Shown here: in pieces, positions 35,958 to 47,663 of the stretch
How the letters are laid out: every line of letters begins with the position of its first letter
How positions within the stretch are numbered: position 1 is the stretch's first letter
DNA from: Anolis carolinensis
Taxonomy: Eukaryota
Length of the DNA: 64,000 nucleotides
Direction of reading: 5' to 3'
Assembly (NCBI RefSeq): GCF_035594765.1
Contig: NC_085846.1
Coordinates: forward strand, 21,749,190 to 21,813,189
Translations under genes and position numbers: made by a program
Notes under the pieces: generated by a model
What the model was told of the DNA's origin: nothing
The model's database searches: none
The model's input: the letters and a program-made list of their open reading frames with translations, nothing else

Positions 35958-36037
35958 CCTCCCACCCACCCTCCCACCCACCAGCCCCTCAAAGAACCAC
36001 CCTAAGGAGGGTTGGAAACATCTTTATGGATTTTATT
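35958..36037 (-). terminator. Poly(A) signal with downstream GU-rich and G-rich elements
   Basis: Minus strand AATAAA (36037-36032), then gggtggttctttg and GGGGCTGGTGGGTGGGAGGGTGGGTGGGAGG. Confidence 0.55.
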
Positions 36038-36968
36038 AAAATAGGAAACTCAGACCAGACCCCAAAATGCCAAGGGAATCAACAGGCCCCCCTTTTTTTG
36101 TGGCCGGAAGTGGAGTCCCCACCAAATCCCGCATTCCCACCCTCAGATTATTACAAATTAAAAAATACCTCCACACCCCTGTGTCTCTGGGGGCCACACT
36201 GGCCATGCCTGCCATCCCATAGTAATAATACTAGTCATAAAAAATTCCCCCAAACCCTGTGCGCTTGGCATCCCCACGTAGTCCGAGGGGGAGGAACCCG
36301 GGCACCACCATGACCTTCCGTCTCTTTATTTCATTTATTTATTTTGTATATCCCATTTGGATGAAAATAGAATTTTGACGGAAAGCGGCTCAAAATAAGA
36401 TTTTTTTTCTCCCCCTCCTCTCCCATTTCGCTTGGGTTTCTTTTCTTTTTTTTTGAAAATTCTTCCTATAGTTTATTCCCATGACGTCAAAAGGAAAACG
36501 TATCAGAGTGCTCCTTCTTTCTTGTCTTGTGGTTCTCGTTTTGTTTCTTTTCTTTCTTTTTTTAAAAGTAATATAGCAGGTAGTTGGATACAGAAACAGC
36601 CCCATCTGTATAAAAAAAAGTCTCCAATGTAAAGGTAGAACAGTAGAAAAATAAGAAAAAGAAAAGGGAGTGGAAGAAAGAAAGAAAAAAAAAGAAGGGG
36701 GGAAGGTCAGGCAGAGGGCCAAAGTAGTACCTTCTTCTGCAAAAGGAAATGAAGAGAACGTAAAAGGCTAAGTCGGTGAAAACCAAAGGTGTCTGCTAGG
36801 GGCTTAGCATCCAAGATCTGCCATGGTGGTGGAAAGATCTGTTTTTGTGTGTGGGGATGTGGGTGGGGAAGGAGGAGCTGTTCCTCAACATTTCCGCCAC
36901 TGCATGGACGGATTCACCGCCACCCTCCCACCATGTAAGTATTCCCCGTTGCCTGGGTCTGTTGGTCG
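36012..36968 (-). other. Probable LRRC4B 3' UTR
   Basis: Repeat-free, U-rich (minus strand) stretch between the stop codon and AATAAA at 36037-36032. Proximal AATAAA motifs also occur at ~36324-36339. Confidence 0.6.
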
Positions 36969-38912
36969 TCATATCTGTGTCTCTTGGACATTCTCTTTCG
37001 AGCTGCTCTTGAACAAGAGAGGTTCATGGATGGAATTGAGCATGGGGTTCTTGGAGCCACAGGTGAGTGGCCCACCACCACTGTTGTTGTTGTAGTGGGC
37101 CTTGAAAGCAGCATAGTGATTGAGGTGGTCGTGCTCGATGGCAGGAAGGGCCAAGTGGCTATCGCCGGGGCCCCCAGCTGCGGCAGGCAGCTCATCCTCC
37201 ACATTGATGATCTCAATGGTCCGCGTGGGCCCATGGTGCTTGTGTAGCTGGTGCTGTTTCCGGAGCTTGTAGAAAACAATCAGCATCACAGCGGCCATGA
37301 AGGTGATGGCCACAAAGCAGCCAATGATGATCTTGGTGGTTTTCATGACGTCGTCCAAGTCTTTCATGCCGCTCTCAGTTACGTCGGTGATTGGGATGGT
37401 GAATGGTTTCTCGGTGCTACGGGTACTGCGTGGGGTTAGCGAGGTGGTCGAGTAGGTCATGCCCCAACCTTGCGATGGGGTTGGCCCAGGCTCTTTCTTG
37501 GTAGGAACAGATTCTTCTGGACTTGAATCCATGGTTTCTACAGTCACTGTGGTAAAGTATGTGTACCCTGTGGTGGCTGGATCCACAGCTGAGACATTGA
37601 GGGTAGCTGAAGCGGTAGTGTTGCCAGCTGAATTGGTCACCATGCAGGTGTATTGGCCTGTGTCCTGGACAGTAACATTGGTGAAGTTGAGTGTGCCATC
37701 ATGGAGGACAGAGATGCGGACCCGATAGGAACCGTGAGTCATCAGCGTTCCATTTGGCGTCAGCCAATTGACTGATGTCATGGAGGTCCCTGTCCTGCAT
37801 TTCAGCTCAGCCGCCATCCCCTCAGTCACATTAAGGTCAGTGGGAGGCTCCACAATAACTGGGGCATAGCAAGTGAAATGGCTTTGATCCAACTCTCCAA
37901 TATACCGCCCTTTGAGGTTTGGCGGGGCATGGCACCGGGCGCAGCAGGTGGTGTTGTTGGGCACTGTCTCCTTGAGCCACCAACTGAGCCACAGCACATC
38001 ACAGTTGCAATGCCAAGGATTATGGTTGAGGTGGACACGCTCCAGGCGGTGCAAAGGGGTGAAGAGATCATGTGGCAAAGACATCAAATTATTGTGGGAG
38101 AGGTTGAGCTCCTCCAAAGACTTGAGGTCATCGAAGGCATTGCGTTCAATGGTGGCTACCTGGGCATGCATCAACCATAATTTGCGAAGGCTGGTTAGTC
38201 CTTGGAAAGAGCCTGGCCGGATCATGTCCAAGCGATTCCCAGACAGCTCCAGCTCCTCCAGCCGTACTAAGGCCGTCAAATTTGGGATGTCCTTAAGGTT
38301 GCACATGCCCAGGTTCAGGTAGCGCAGGTTGACCAAGCCTTCAAAGGCTGCCTCTGAAATGTACTCCAGCTTCTTAAGCTCTCCAAGATCCAGGCGGCGC
38401 AAGGAAGGGACTCTGTTGAAGGCATAGGAAGGGATGCTTTCAATTGGGTTATTCCTCAGCCACAGCTCCCGCAACTTGGAGAGGTACTCAAAGGCCTGTG
38501 TGGGGACAGTGGTCAGCCGGTTGTCAAAGAGCTCCAGTGTGTTGAGATTGGGCAAGCCATTGAAGGCGCCAACCTCAATCTTACGGATAAGGTTCTTGCT
38601 GAGCTGCAAAATCTCAAGATGACGAAGGTGCTTGAAAGTGTCTGTCTTGATGACCTGGATATTGTTCTCCTGCAAGTTGAGGTACCGTGTGTTGATAGAA
38701 ATGCTCTCCGGCACTTCCACCAGTTCCCGGCGCGTACAGATGACCCGGCTGGCTTGATTGCTGCAGGAACAAGCGGCTGGGCAAGAGGTTGGGGAGGCTC
38801 CACCCAAAACAAGCGGTGGCAGCCAAAGGAAGAAGAGGATGAGATGCTTCCAAACCATTCTAGAGATTCCAGGTGCCAGCAAAGGCTTGCGAGTGCAGCG
38901 GCGGGTGGCCAT
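36969..38912 (-). CDS. LRRC4B: Leucine-rich repeat-containing protein 4B / netrin-G ligand-3 (NGL-3), 647 aa, single coding exon
   Basis: Uninterrupted ORF with signal peptide, LRRNT ([17 protein letters not shown]), LRRs, LRRCT (NPWHCNC...CCARC), Ig domain, TM ([21 protein letters not shown]) and PDZ-binding [31 protein letters not shown] and [14 protein letters not shown] match NGL-3 rather than LRRC4/LRRC4C as I recall them. First in-frame ATG is at 38912 (gacATGG); the ORF track starts at a TTG two codons earlier. Confidence 0.97.
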   Translation of the reverse strand: MATRRCTRKPLLAPGISRMVWKHLILFFLWLPPLVLGGASPTSCPAACSCSNQASRVICTRRELVEVPESISINTRYLNLQENNIQVIKTDTFKHLRHLEILQLSKNLIRKIEVGAFNGLPNLNTLELFDNRLTTVPTQAFEYLSKLRELWLRNNPIESIPSYAFNRVPSLRRLDLGELKKLEYISEAAFEGLVNLRYLNLGMCNLKDIPNLTALVRLEELELSGNRLDMIRPGSFQGLTSLRKLWLMHAQVATIERNAFDDLKSLEELNLSHNNLMSLPHDLFTPLHRLERVHLNHNPWHCNCDVLWLSWWLKETVPNNTTCCARCHAPPNLKGRYIGELDQSHFTCYAPVIVEPPTDLNVTEGMAAELKCRTGTSMTSVNWLTPNGTLMTHGSYRVRISVLHDGTLNFTNVTVQDTGQYTCMVTNSAGNTTASATLNVSAVDPATTGYTYFTTVTVETMDSSPEESVPTKKEPGPTPSQGWGMTYSTTSLTPRSTRSTEKPFTIPITDVTESGMKDLDDVMKTTKIIIGCFVAITFMAAVMLIVFYKLRKQHQLHKHHGPTRTIEIINVEDELPAAAGGPGDSHLALPAIEHDHLNHYAAFKAHYNNNSGGGPLTCGSKNPMLNSIHEPLLFKSSSKENVQETQI

Positions 38913-38925
38913 GTCCAATGCTCAT
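38860..38925 (-). other. Overlapping out-of-frame uORF, 21 aa ([21 protein letters not shown])
   Basis: ATG at 38925 (A at -3) lies 13 nt upstream of the main ATG. TAG at 38862-38860 is followed by one nt and then the in-frame Met19 ATG. Confidence 0.6.
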
Positions 38926-38966
38926 GCTTCAGTGAACAGCAGGGTGAGCACTCAGGTCTTTAGAAA

Positions 38967-38997
38967 CTGAAACAAAGATAAAGAGAAGTAAGTCAGG
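38967..38997 (-). other. Splice acceptor of the LRRC4B coding exon
   Basis: Minus strand reads ctgac (branch-like) ttacttctctttatctttgtttCAG|TTTC, 54 nt upstream of the ATG. Confidence 0.85.
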
Positions 38998-40244
38998 ATC
39001 TGATAGTACAACTTAGGAGAAGGATCACAGTTAAAAGGATTAATTCTTGGGGGTCATCTAATGAAATGAACTGGGGTGTGTGATTCAACACTATCAAAGG
39101 TCCTTTCTAGTCAACAGTCACAGCCCATTCCTCCTTTCGCCTCTAGCCACAAAGCCCCAGCCACGTTTTCAATCCCTTGTCAGCTGATCCACTTTCTCAC
39201 TGCTTCTGCTCCTCTTTCTCTTCTTGGTTTCCTCTTTTACCAACACTGTCACCCTTCAACTTCCTTTCCATTTTCCAACAAGATTTCCCAGCCACATTTC
39301 CAAGTCATGATCCACCTCCTCAACCCACTCATCTGCTCTTCTCTGTACCCTCTCCTGCCAACACAATGCCACTCCTTAACTCCGTTTCCCACCTTCCACC
39401 AAGGAGTAAAGGGCTTGTGCTATTGACTGGTTTATGGGAAAGGGGTTTAAAAGCTGGCTGAGATTTCATGATGGGAAGGTGTGGAAGACTGGGGTTGTCG
39501 GGCAGAACTTCAAAAGAGAGACAGAGGGGAACCAGAAGACAAGGAGGCGGAATTAGTTAACCAGCAGCTACAAACTCGTAAATAATGACATCCACAAAAG
39601 AGAATTCCATGAGTGTTGGGAGCTCACAGTATTTCTCTGAACAATTTGGATTTATACTATCTGTTAGTCCCACTTAGAAAGGAAGTGGAAACTTAAGTTA
39701 GTTGTGACTAAATGAGGATTTCAGTGAGTTCCTTCTAGGTTTGCCTGAGTCTCGACACAACACTGGATAATTAATATGGTTAATTCATTATCACATGATG
39801 CGATGAGGCAAAGAATTCAACATTCACAGCAGCTATAGACAGTAGACACCCTGTATGCTGCAAGAGAAACATTAAAAAGGAATTAGTTACAGTTACAGTT
39901 ACAATGCAAGCCCTTAGTGAAGTTGGTTGCCTTTAAACTAGATTTCATTATCTTTAAAAGGAAACCTATAAATGCTGTAAGCCACAGCCTTCTGCTACCA
40001 AACAATCCATCTCATTCTTATCTCTGCATCAAGCAGACATATAAACTGGAAGGCTGGCCAATATTTGAACCATGTGAACATCCTCTTTTGTTATAAAATT
40101 AACTAAAAGCTTCAGTTAAACCACAAAAGGAGTACATTGATCCCTTGTTAGATCATACTTGTAATGTAATTTAGTTATTTGGGAAGTAGTTTTAAACACT
40201 ACTTATAACTAATTACTTCCCAGTTTTGCTTAGATCACCTAGAG

Positions 40245-41123
40245 CAGCGTTTCTCAACCTGAGGGTTGGGACCCCTGGGGAGGGATCAAAAGGGGGGTGT
40301 CAGAGGGGTCACCAAAAACCATCAGAAAATACATATAATGTCAAGGTCTATTTTTCCCAAACTCCGCCAGTATTCACATTTGGGCATATTGAGTATTGGT
40401 CCAGATCCATCATTGTTTGGAGTCCACAGTGCTCTCTGGATGTAGGTGAACTACAATTCCAAAACCCAAGGTCAATGCCCACCAAACCCTTACAGTATTT
40501 TCTGTGGTTCATGGGAGTTCTGTGTGCCAAGATTGGTTCAATTGGAGTTCAGAATGCTCTTTGATTGTAGGTGAACTATAAATCACAGTAACTACAATTC
40601 CCAAATGTCAAGGTCTATTTTCACCAAACTCCACCAGTGTTCATATTTGGGCATACTGAGTATTCATGCCAAGTTTGGCACTGATTCATCATTGTTTGAG
40701 TCCATAGTGCTCTCTGGATGTAAGTGAACTACAACTCCAAAACTCAAGGTTAATGCCCACCAAACCCTTACAATATTTTATATTGGTCATGGGAGTTCTG
40801 TGTGCTAAGTTTGGTTCAATTCCATTGTTGGTGGAGTTCAGAATGCTCTTTGATTGTAGCTTAACTATAAATCTCAACAACTACAACTTCCACATGACAA
40901 AATCAATCCCTTCCCCAACCCCACCAGTATTCAAATTTGGGTGTATCGGGTATTGTTGCCAAATTTGGTCCAGTGAATGAAAATATATCCTGCATATCAG
41001 ATATTTACATTACAATTCATACAGTTATGAAGAAGCAACAAAAATAATTTTATGGTTGGGAGTCACCACAACATGAGGAACTGTATTAAGGGATCACGGC
41101 ATTAGGAAGGTTGAGAACCACTG
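40245..41123 (+). mobile_element. SPIN (Space Invader) non-autonomous hAT element with expanded repetitive interior
   Basis: TIR CAGCGTTTCTCAACCT / AGGTTGAGAACCACTG; perfect TSD ACCTAGAG; last ~135 bp match the SPIN/URR1 3' end as I recall it. Confidence 0.9.
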
Positions 41124-42665
41124 ACCTAGAGCCTGGCGGGAGGAAACAAGGGAAGTAGTTGCCTTCATACTTTACTAGTAAACTTCTAAAGGCACTTTGC
41201 GAAGTGATCAAGATGGCTCTTGATCAGATACAGCCAGTCATTCTTTTTAATCAGCCTTGGATCTAATAAGCTGGCTTCTGGTCTCTCCAACATCTTGAAT
41301 GCAGACAAGGTTTCTTGATCCAGGACTCTGTTTAGTTTTAGCTTTGCTCTTATTTGCTTGTTTCGACATGGTATTTTTTTAATGATTAAAACATTAAAAA
41401 CAACTACATACCAAACCGTAAGCCACCCTTGAAGGGCTATTGAAGCAACAAGCAGCATATACACATGAGAAAGAGCATAACATTTTGTGTGCTTGTTTTG
41501 GCATTGTCTGCTTTTAATTGATTGCGGTTTTCATTGATTGTTTTGAACTGTTTTTATTATTCAACTCCTATGGATTTTCGTCATGTTTAATTGCACATCA
41601 CCTCCTGGGGCATTTTGCTCTAGAACTAGTCCATTTTAGGAGAAAGTACAGTAAATAAGAAATAGGAACGCCCGGGTGCTACAAACTGTCTGAAAGTAAA
41701 ACAGACTGCCTTGGAAGAGCTTGAACTGCTACCACAAATTTTCTAAACTGACAGATGGTAAATTAGATAATCTTTTAGATCTATTCCAACTTTAGGATTC
41801 TAAGGATTTAGGAAGTATGTAAGTATATAATGCCTCCTTTTTCAAAGTGGCTGCATGTGCATTGACTCTTGTGTAGTCATCCTTCATTGAATACTGAGAT
41901 ATACCACTACGATCTTCATTTTGTTTTGAACTATTCAGGTCAGCAACCCAACCTTCAAGTCAGCAGTCCTGCCAGCACAAGGCTTTAACCCATCGCACCA
42001 CCAGGGGCTCCATTGGAAAAGAACTACAGAAAATAGAAGATGAGTAAATCCATGAATCACTCTGACTAGACTAGAGAGCATTTGCAACCAATTAATTTAC
42101 ACTTGTGGCAAGATACTATTCTTAGAGATCTGCACCCAAGACCTCTGTTTTTACTTGGAGCTGAACCCACCAAAACTACAGAATAAGAACAGAATTAGAT
42201 GATCCACAAAAACTGGAAACTCAGGGTCAGATCTGGCAGCTCTAGCTGTGAATAATTTGGGCTTGTAACCTCAATTTAAATGCCCTGTTCATTGAATCTC
42301 TCCACTGTTTTCTCTTGCTGGTCCTAAAGATACACACCCCTTTAAACATATAGGATCAAGTACTAATTAATTATTTGCTCTTGGGTTCTAGGTCACAGAA
42401 TAGCAGACCTATCGACTAATTAATGGTTTTTAGTCTTCGGTTCATACATCTGAGATCTATTCTGCTGACCTTTAGAAGCCAATTTGTTAAAAACGCACAC
42501 ACGCACAACCCGCTTTACAATTTCCCAAGATTTTAGTAGATTTTCATACAATCATCTATTTTAAGATAGTTTTCTTTGGTTATATTTTAGCACTGAATAT
42601 TGGAATGCTTTACTGCAAGGAAGTGGGTGGCTTTCCAAATGGAGGACAGAAATAATGTTTTAAAT

Positions 42666-42779
42666 CAGGCATGGGCAAACTTCGGCCCTCCGGGTGTTTT
42701 GGACTCCAACTACCGGCTGTTAGGAATTGTGGGAGTTGAAGTCCAAAACACCCGGAGGGCCGAAGTTTTCCCATGCCTG
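42666..42779. mobile_element. Palindromic hAT MITE (family of 11833-12007)
   Basis: CAGGCATGGGCAAACTTCGG arms; degenerate TSD TTTTAAAT/TTCTATAT. A half copy lies at 24620-24684. Confidence 0.88.
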
Positions 42780-43228
42780 TTCTATATTATTTGTTTCCTG
42801 GTCAAAAGTGAATCTTGCTATTGGTCAGGAAATCCCCTTAAGAGCAAAAGAGCAGCAACACTTTCACAGTTTTCTCTCTGTATTCAATAGTTTTTCATTT
42901 TAAAAAGGAGCCAAAGTCCATATCTCTCTGTTTAGTGAAATCTTCCAGAACCCTTTAAACCAGTAAGCGTAGACACAGCCAGAAACAAGGGGTGTATCTA
43001 CACTGTAGAATTAAGGCAGTTTAATACCACTTTAACTGCCATGGAGAGTCATGAGAGTTTGTAATCATTCTGGGGGGAATGGGGGAACCCTTAGTCCCTT
43101 CTTTGGAATGTTGTCTAAAATGTTCACTACCAGAATGTTCACCACCAGAAAATTACTTTCCTAAAGTCATTTATTACGTAACTTGTTAAACTGCCCCCCT
43201 TGCAGGAATAAACTGGCATTATAACTAT

Positions 43229-43967
43229 TAGGGATGTGCATTCAGGGGAAAACTTGTCCCATTTCGTGTCCCAGCTTTTGGGGTTCCCTGATCCATTTTT
43301 TGTAAGCCTCCCGAATTTGGGAGGGTTGATTTCGTTTCTTTTGTTTCGGGGTCCGGAAATTGGACCATTATGGGGGGGGGGGGGAGCTTCCCACTCAGTG
43401 GCTCCCCTTCCTGGTGTACATTCTTCTTACCTGGCGCATGCTGTTTCTACTTTATAATAAGAGGTGCTTGGCTGTAGGCACGGGCAAGTACGTGTATTTT
43501 CCGGGCCTGCCTGTACACCCCGCCACACACACACACTCCTAGCAAAGAGAGAGTGTGTGTGGTGGGGCATGCAGGCAGGCCTGGAAAGTGCATGTGCCTG
43601 CCAGTGCCTGCAGTCAAGTGCCTCTTACTCTAGAGTAAGAGGTGTTCAGCTACATGCGAGCTCTGGGCCTACCTGCCTGCATGCCCCGCCACACACACCC
43701 CGCCACACTCTCCCAGTGTGTGTGTGTGTGTGGCAGGGCATGCAGGCAGGTCCGGAGCACACTTGTAGTCAGTCTTCAGGCCTGCCTACCTGCATGCCCA
43801 TCACACATGAACTCTCTTTCCAAGGCAAGGAGGCAAATTTGGATGCACGCAAAAGCAGGCTTTCGTGTTGAGCAGGTTTTCATGTGGGGAGGGGGGTTCC
43901 CATTTTGTGCTTCCAAGGAAATGGAAGACACGAAAGAAACGGTAGGAATGAATTTTGCACATGCCTA
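43229..43967. mobile_element. Ac-family hAT non-autonomous element with internal hairpins
   Basis: TIR TAGGGATGTGCA/TGCACATGCCTA; 8-bp TSD ATAACTAT/ATAACAAT. Confidence 0.85.
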
Positions 43968-44365
43968 ATAACAATCAAAAATAAATCAAGACATTACATT
44001 GCACATTATCTTGCTTGTAGCTGTCTGTTATTTCCTTTTCAAACAACTATAGGATTAACAGGAGACTGTCATATCTCTCAAGACATTCCAATCTGAATGT
44101 CACTTTTAAAAAGGATGCAAAAGGTAGTGAGAAACCATTATTGATATAACTAGAAAAGGAATATTGTATCTCGTGGACATGGCTTTCTTACAAAAAACCC
44201 CCCAAAACCCCATAATAGAACACAGAGGAGAAGGAAGAAAGGAAGGGGACAAAAATAGAGGAACAACGTATTACATGTAATGTATTGCTTCCAAGCTGTT
44301 TTAGAATGAAAATCGCTTTTAATTTAATTTTTTATTTTTCATTGCCTTTCATAGTAGAATGTTAA

Positions 44366-44458
44366 AACCATAATACCCTCAAACGATATCCTAGCACGCT
44401 AGAACCATAATACCCTCAAACACACCAAAGCTACACTAGACATATAATACCATCAAAC
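44366..44458. repeat. Degenerate 37-bp minisatellite (2.5 units)
   Basis: AACCATAATACCCTCAAAC at 44366 and 44403, variant at 44440. Confidence 0.8.
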
Positions 44459-45297
44459 AATAAAAGAAGTGTGTCTTTTAACTTTTACCCTCGTGAATTA
44501 AAATATGATCTGCTAGTTGTTAAACAACTTTGCAAAGCAGGGATGGGAAAGGTCTTGGAATCTGAGACCCAATCCTACAACCTGAATTCTGGGTGCCTTT
44601 CTTGAAATGTTATTATTATGTGGGGCTGGAATCCTATTTGGGAGTTATATCTTTGTAAAGGGACTTACAGATGTAGGAGTCAAACTAATAAAGTATGTGC
44701 TCTATAGCATAGCTAAAAATTGCATTGATGCTCAATGGTCCCATTCTTGCTGGTGCCCTCATATCCACCTCCACAATTGAGGGTTAGTGCTTATCTCCAT
44801 TTCTAAGCCGAAGAGCTGGTGTTGTTTGTAGACACCTCCAGGGTTATGTGGCCAGCAGGACTGCATGGGAGCTTTTTAGAGATATGTTATCCCAGATTTA
44901 AAAATAATTATCAGGCTTTTCCATTCTGGTAGTGGTCTTGCACCCTCAACTCCTGCAAAAGTGAAGGGTCTGCTATATATGTAAAGGCATGTTAAGTAAA
45001 AGATGCTATAGAATTCTAGCTAACATCATCATCATCATTACCTCCACTTCCCTTTTTGCTCTTTCACTGCTTTGAAAGTAAAAACTATGTGTATTTTCTA
45101 TTTTAAATATATTTAAATCATGCATTTCAAATTCCTAATTATCATTTCATACCTCTTTAACTTTTTAGTTCAGTCTTGTTGAAATCATTGAAACATATTT
45201 TGGGAGAAAAGCAGGATATAAATTCAACAAGTAAACCAACAAATATTGGTTTCCAAGCCAACCAGGGTGCCTGAAGGGAGCTTTGGACCATCAGTTA

Positions 45298-45460
45298 CTG
45301 TATTTCTTCGATTCTAAGATGCACGGTTTTCCCCATATAGACATCTCTGAAAACAGGGATCATCATAGAAATACAGATATATACATATTGATATGGCTTT
45401 TTCTGTTGGTGGTACTGAAATTAACATGCATGTAACAATCAATGAATCGAAGAAATACAG
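45298..45460. mobile_element. Tc1/mariner (pogo-like) MITE
   Basis: TA|CTGTATTTCTTCGATTC ... GAATCGAAGAAATACAG|TA. Confidence 0.88.
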
Positions 45461-47663
45461 TAATTGGAATGAGTGAGGTATCACTGGATAATATTTGATA
45501 ATTGATAACACAGCCCAACAAAAGAAATCTTTTTGTCTTTGTTTTTAGGCCTGTTACAAGTGTTTATTTGGGGTGCCAATACAGAAAATTCCATTGGATA
45601 GACTGCATCAACTCTAGTTTCTTAGATATGGTTATCATGGTTTTCTATGGGTGAGTAGATGGCGACTGGTAGATAGCATATGTTCTATGTCTCAAAAACT
45701 AGATAGGGGGAAACTGGTGACATTTTTGGAATCAGCAGGTCAAATATACCCAGAAACTGGTCTAACACATGAGGCACCAAATGTATGTTGGCCAATATAA
45801 TAATCAATAACAACAATATTGTTGTTACTATTTCCCCAAAAAGGTCTAAGAGGGTTGGAAGAAAATCTCAGGCAGTTCCATGTTGCTTTAAAGCTTGTAC
45901 TTAAAAAGTCGAACGATTCCGTTGCTTAGAACTGGCTGGAGTGTGGAAGGGAAAGGAAAAAGTTGGGTTAAAAGGGACTTGTGCTAACAGCTTTCAATAA
46001 ACACAGCCTTTCGTCCAGCAGAAGGGCTTGCTTTGCTCAAGTAATTACATTCCGGACCCTTTTGGTCATGGGAGAAAAGGAAGGAGAAGGAGAGGGCAAA
46101 GTTGAAACATTCAAGAGCGGAGAATACATCTTTTGTTAAGGAGACCTGGAGCAAGCACAGGCAGCCAAGGCTGGGTCAAGATCTGCAGAAATGCAAGTGA
46201 GATCTTTGACAGAGTCAACAAGGAGGGAGAGAAGGAGAGACGGAACAGGGTGGCAGGCAATTATGTTCTCTTCTGGAACATAAAGCCTCTGAGAACAAGC
46301 TGAGAAAGCTGGTGGCCGCTTTCTCTAAAAGGGCATGGGGACACGAGAAAGGGCCGGACGTGGCTGAGCCTCAAACCAAGCGAGCCACAGAGAGGGGCAG
46401 CACTCCCAATGAATGCAATTAGCCCAAAATAGAGTGGAACTCATCTCGATCTTGGAAACGCACCTGCATGAATTCCAGCTACAGAATAGTCTCTTGGTTG
46501 TTCAGCTGTCTGTATTTATAATCCAATCTGAGCTGAGCTCCATCTTCAACGGCTGACCCATCAACTTTTGATTTTAAGCAGAGTTGGCCTTGCCATTTAG
46601 ACAGACTGCCTCGGAGCAGCGCATTCTGGGGAATGTCAGGAAGGGCATCAAACTGTTAACAATTTAATTTGTTGTTTTATATCTTTACCGGCAGAGAAGG
46701 GAAGAAATGCTTGTGGGATTTTCAGCCTCACGTGCCAAAATAACTTGGCTAGCTCTGAGTTCTATGCACTGTAAATTGGGCCCGATTTTAAGATTAGCTT
46801 TGTGACAGTTGTTGACATGGAATGGCACCAAGCGTTTCCAGATGACATGCAATGCCTTTTAGCACCTGATCACTGGCAGGAAATGGGATTCTGTGTCTGA
46901 CAGCTGAAGGTTTGCTAGATTTTATATTTGATGCCTGTCAAAATAAAAACATAAGAGATTTCAGCAAGTCTAGGGCTGCAAGGCTCTAAGAAATCCCTTT
47001 GGGAGCAATTCCCACCGAATTCAGCCAGATTTACTTCTGAATAATCATGCCTGGTTTTGTTCTGTTAAAGCACTTAGCAACAGAGATAAAATTTCACATT
47101 CAGATTTTGGAACTCTAATTGGAAATATCTCCAGCAAAAATGGATCCGACCTACAGAAATAGATTTCTTTTTTTATTTGCAAAATGATTTACAAGGAGGT
47201 CACACAAAAGCTTCCAACCCTTGCAGTAGCACTGGCTAAAATGCAATTAAACCATGTTGACACCCATCTCCTCAATTACAATTTGGCCTAACAGGAGGCT
47301 ATCTAATGACTCCTTTGATGGAGTCCTGCTGTCTGCGGATTGCACATTATCGTTTTATGGGTGCATCCGTACTAGATGGTTACTGCTATTAATACAGCTC
47401 CATTGAAGGGCCCGAAGCTTTACAAGTGTTCAAGGGAACACAGGGCTTGCCCCAAGGAACTTATAATAATGCAATTATGCTGAGAAGCAAGCCAACAGTT
47501 CAGCATAATTTTCCCCAAAAATAAAAAGGTAGGGGCTTGAAGTCTTACAATCTAAATATCAACCAACAAAAAAAGTAAAAAGCGAAATGGGACTCATTTT
47601 ATAATACAAAAGCATTGAGCCATTGCAGTAAAGTGGTATCAAATTGTTTTTATTTTACAGTAT

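Noticed and set aside
38913-38918. ORF-track start giving 649 aa
   Set aside because: It is a TTG; the first ATG, in strong context, is at 38912.
36823-38970. Numerous antisense and alternate-frame ORFs over LRRC4B
   Set aside because: Expected shadows of a GC-rich coding exon; no domain-like content.
44366-44458. CRISPR-like pattern (19-bp repeats, 18-bp spacers)
   Set aside because: The spacers resemble each other (..AGC..AC.CTAG), there are only 2.5 units, no cas genes, and the DNA is vertebrate: a decayed minisatellite.
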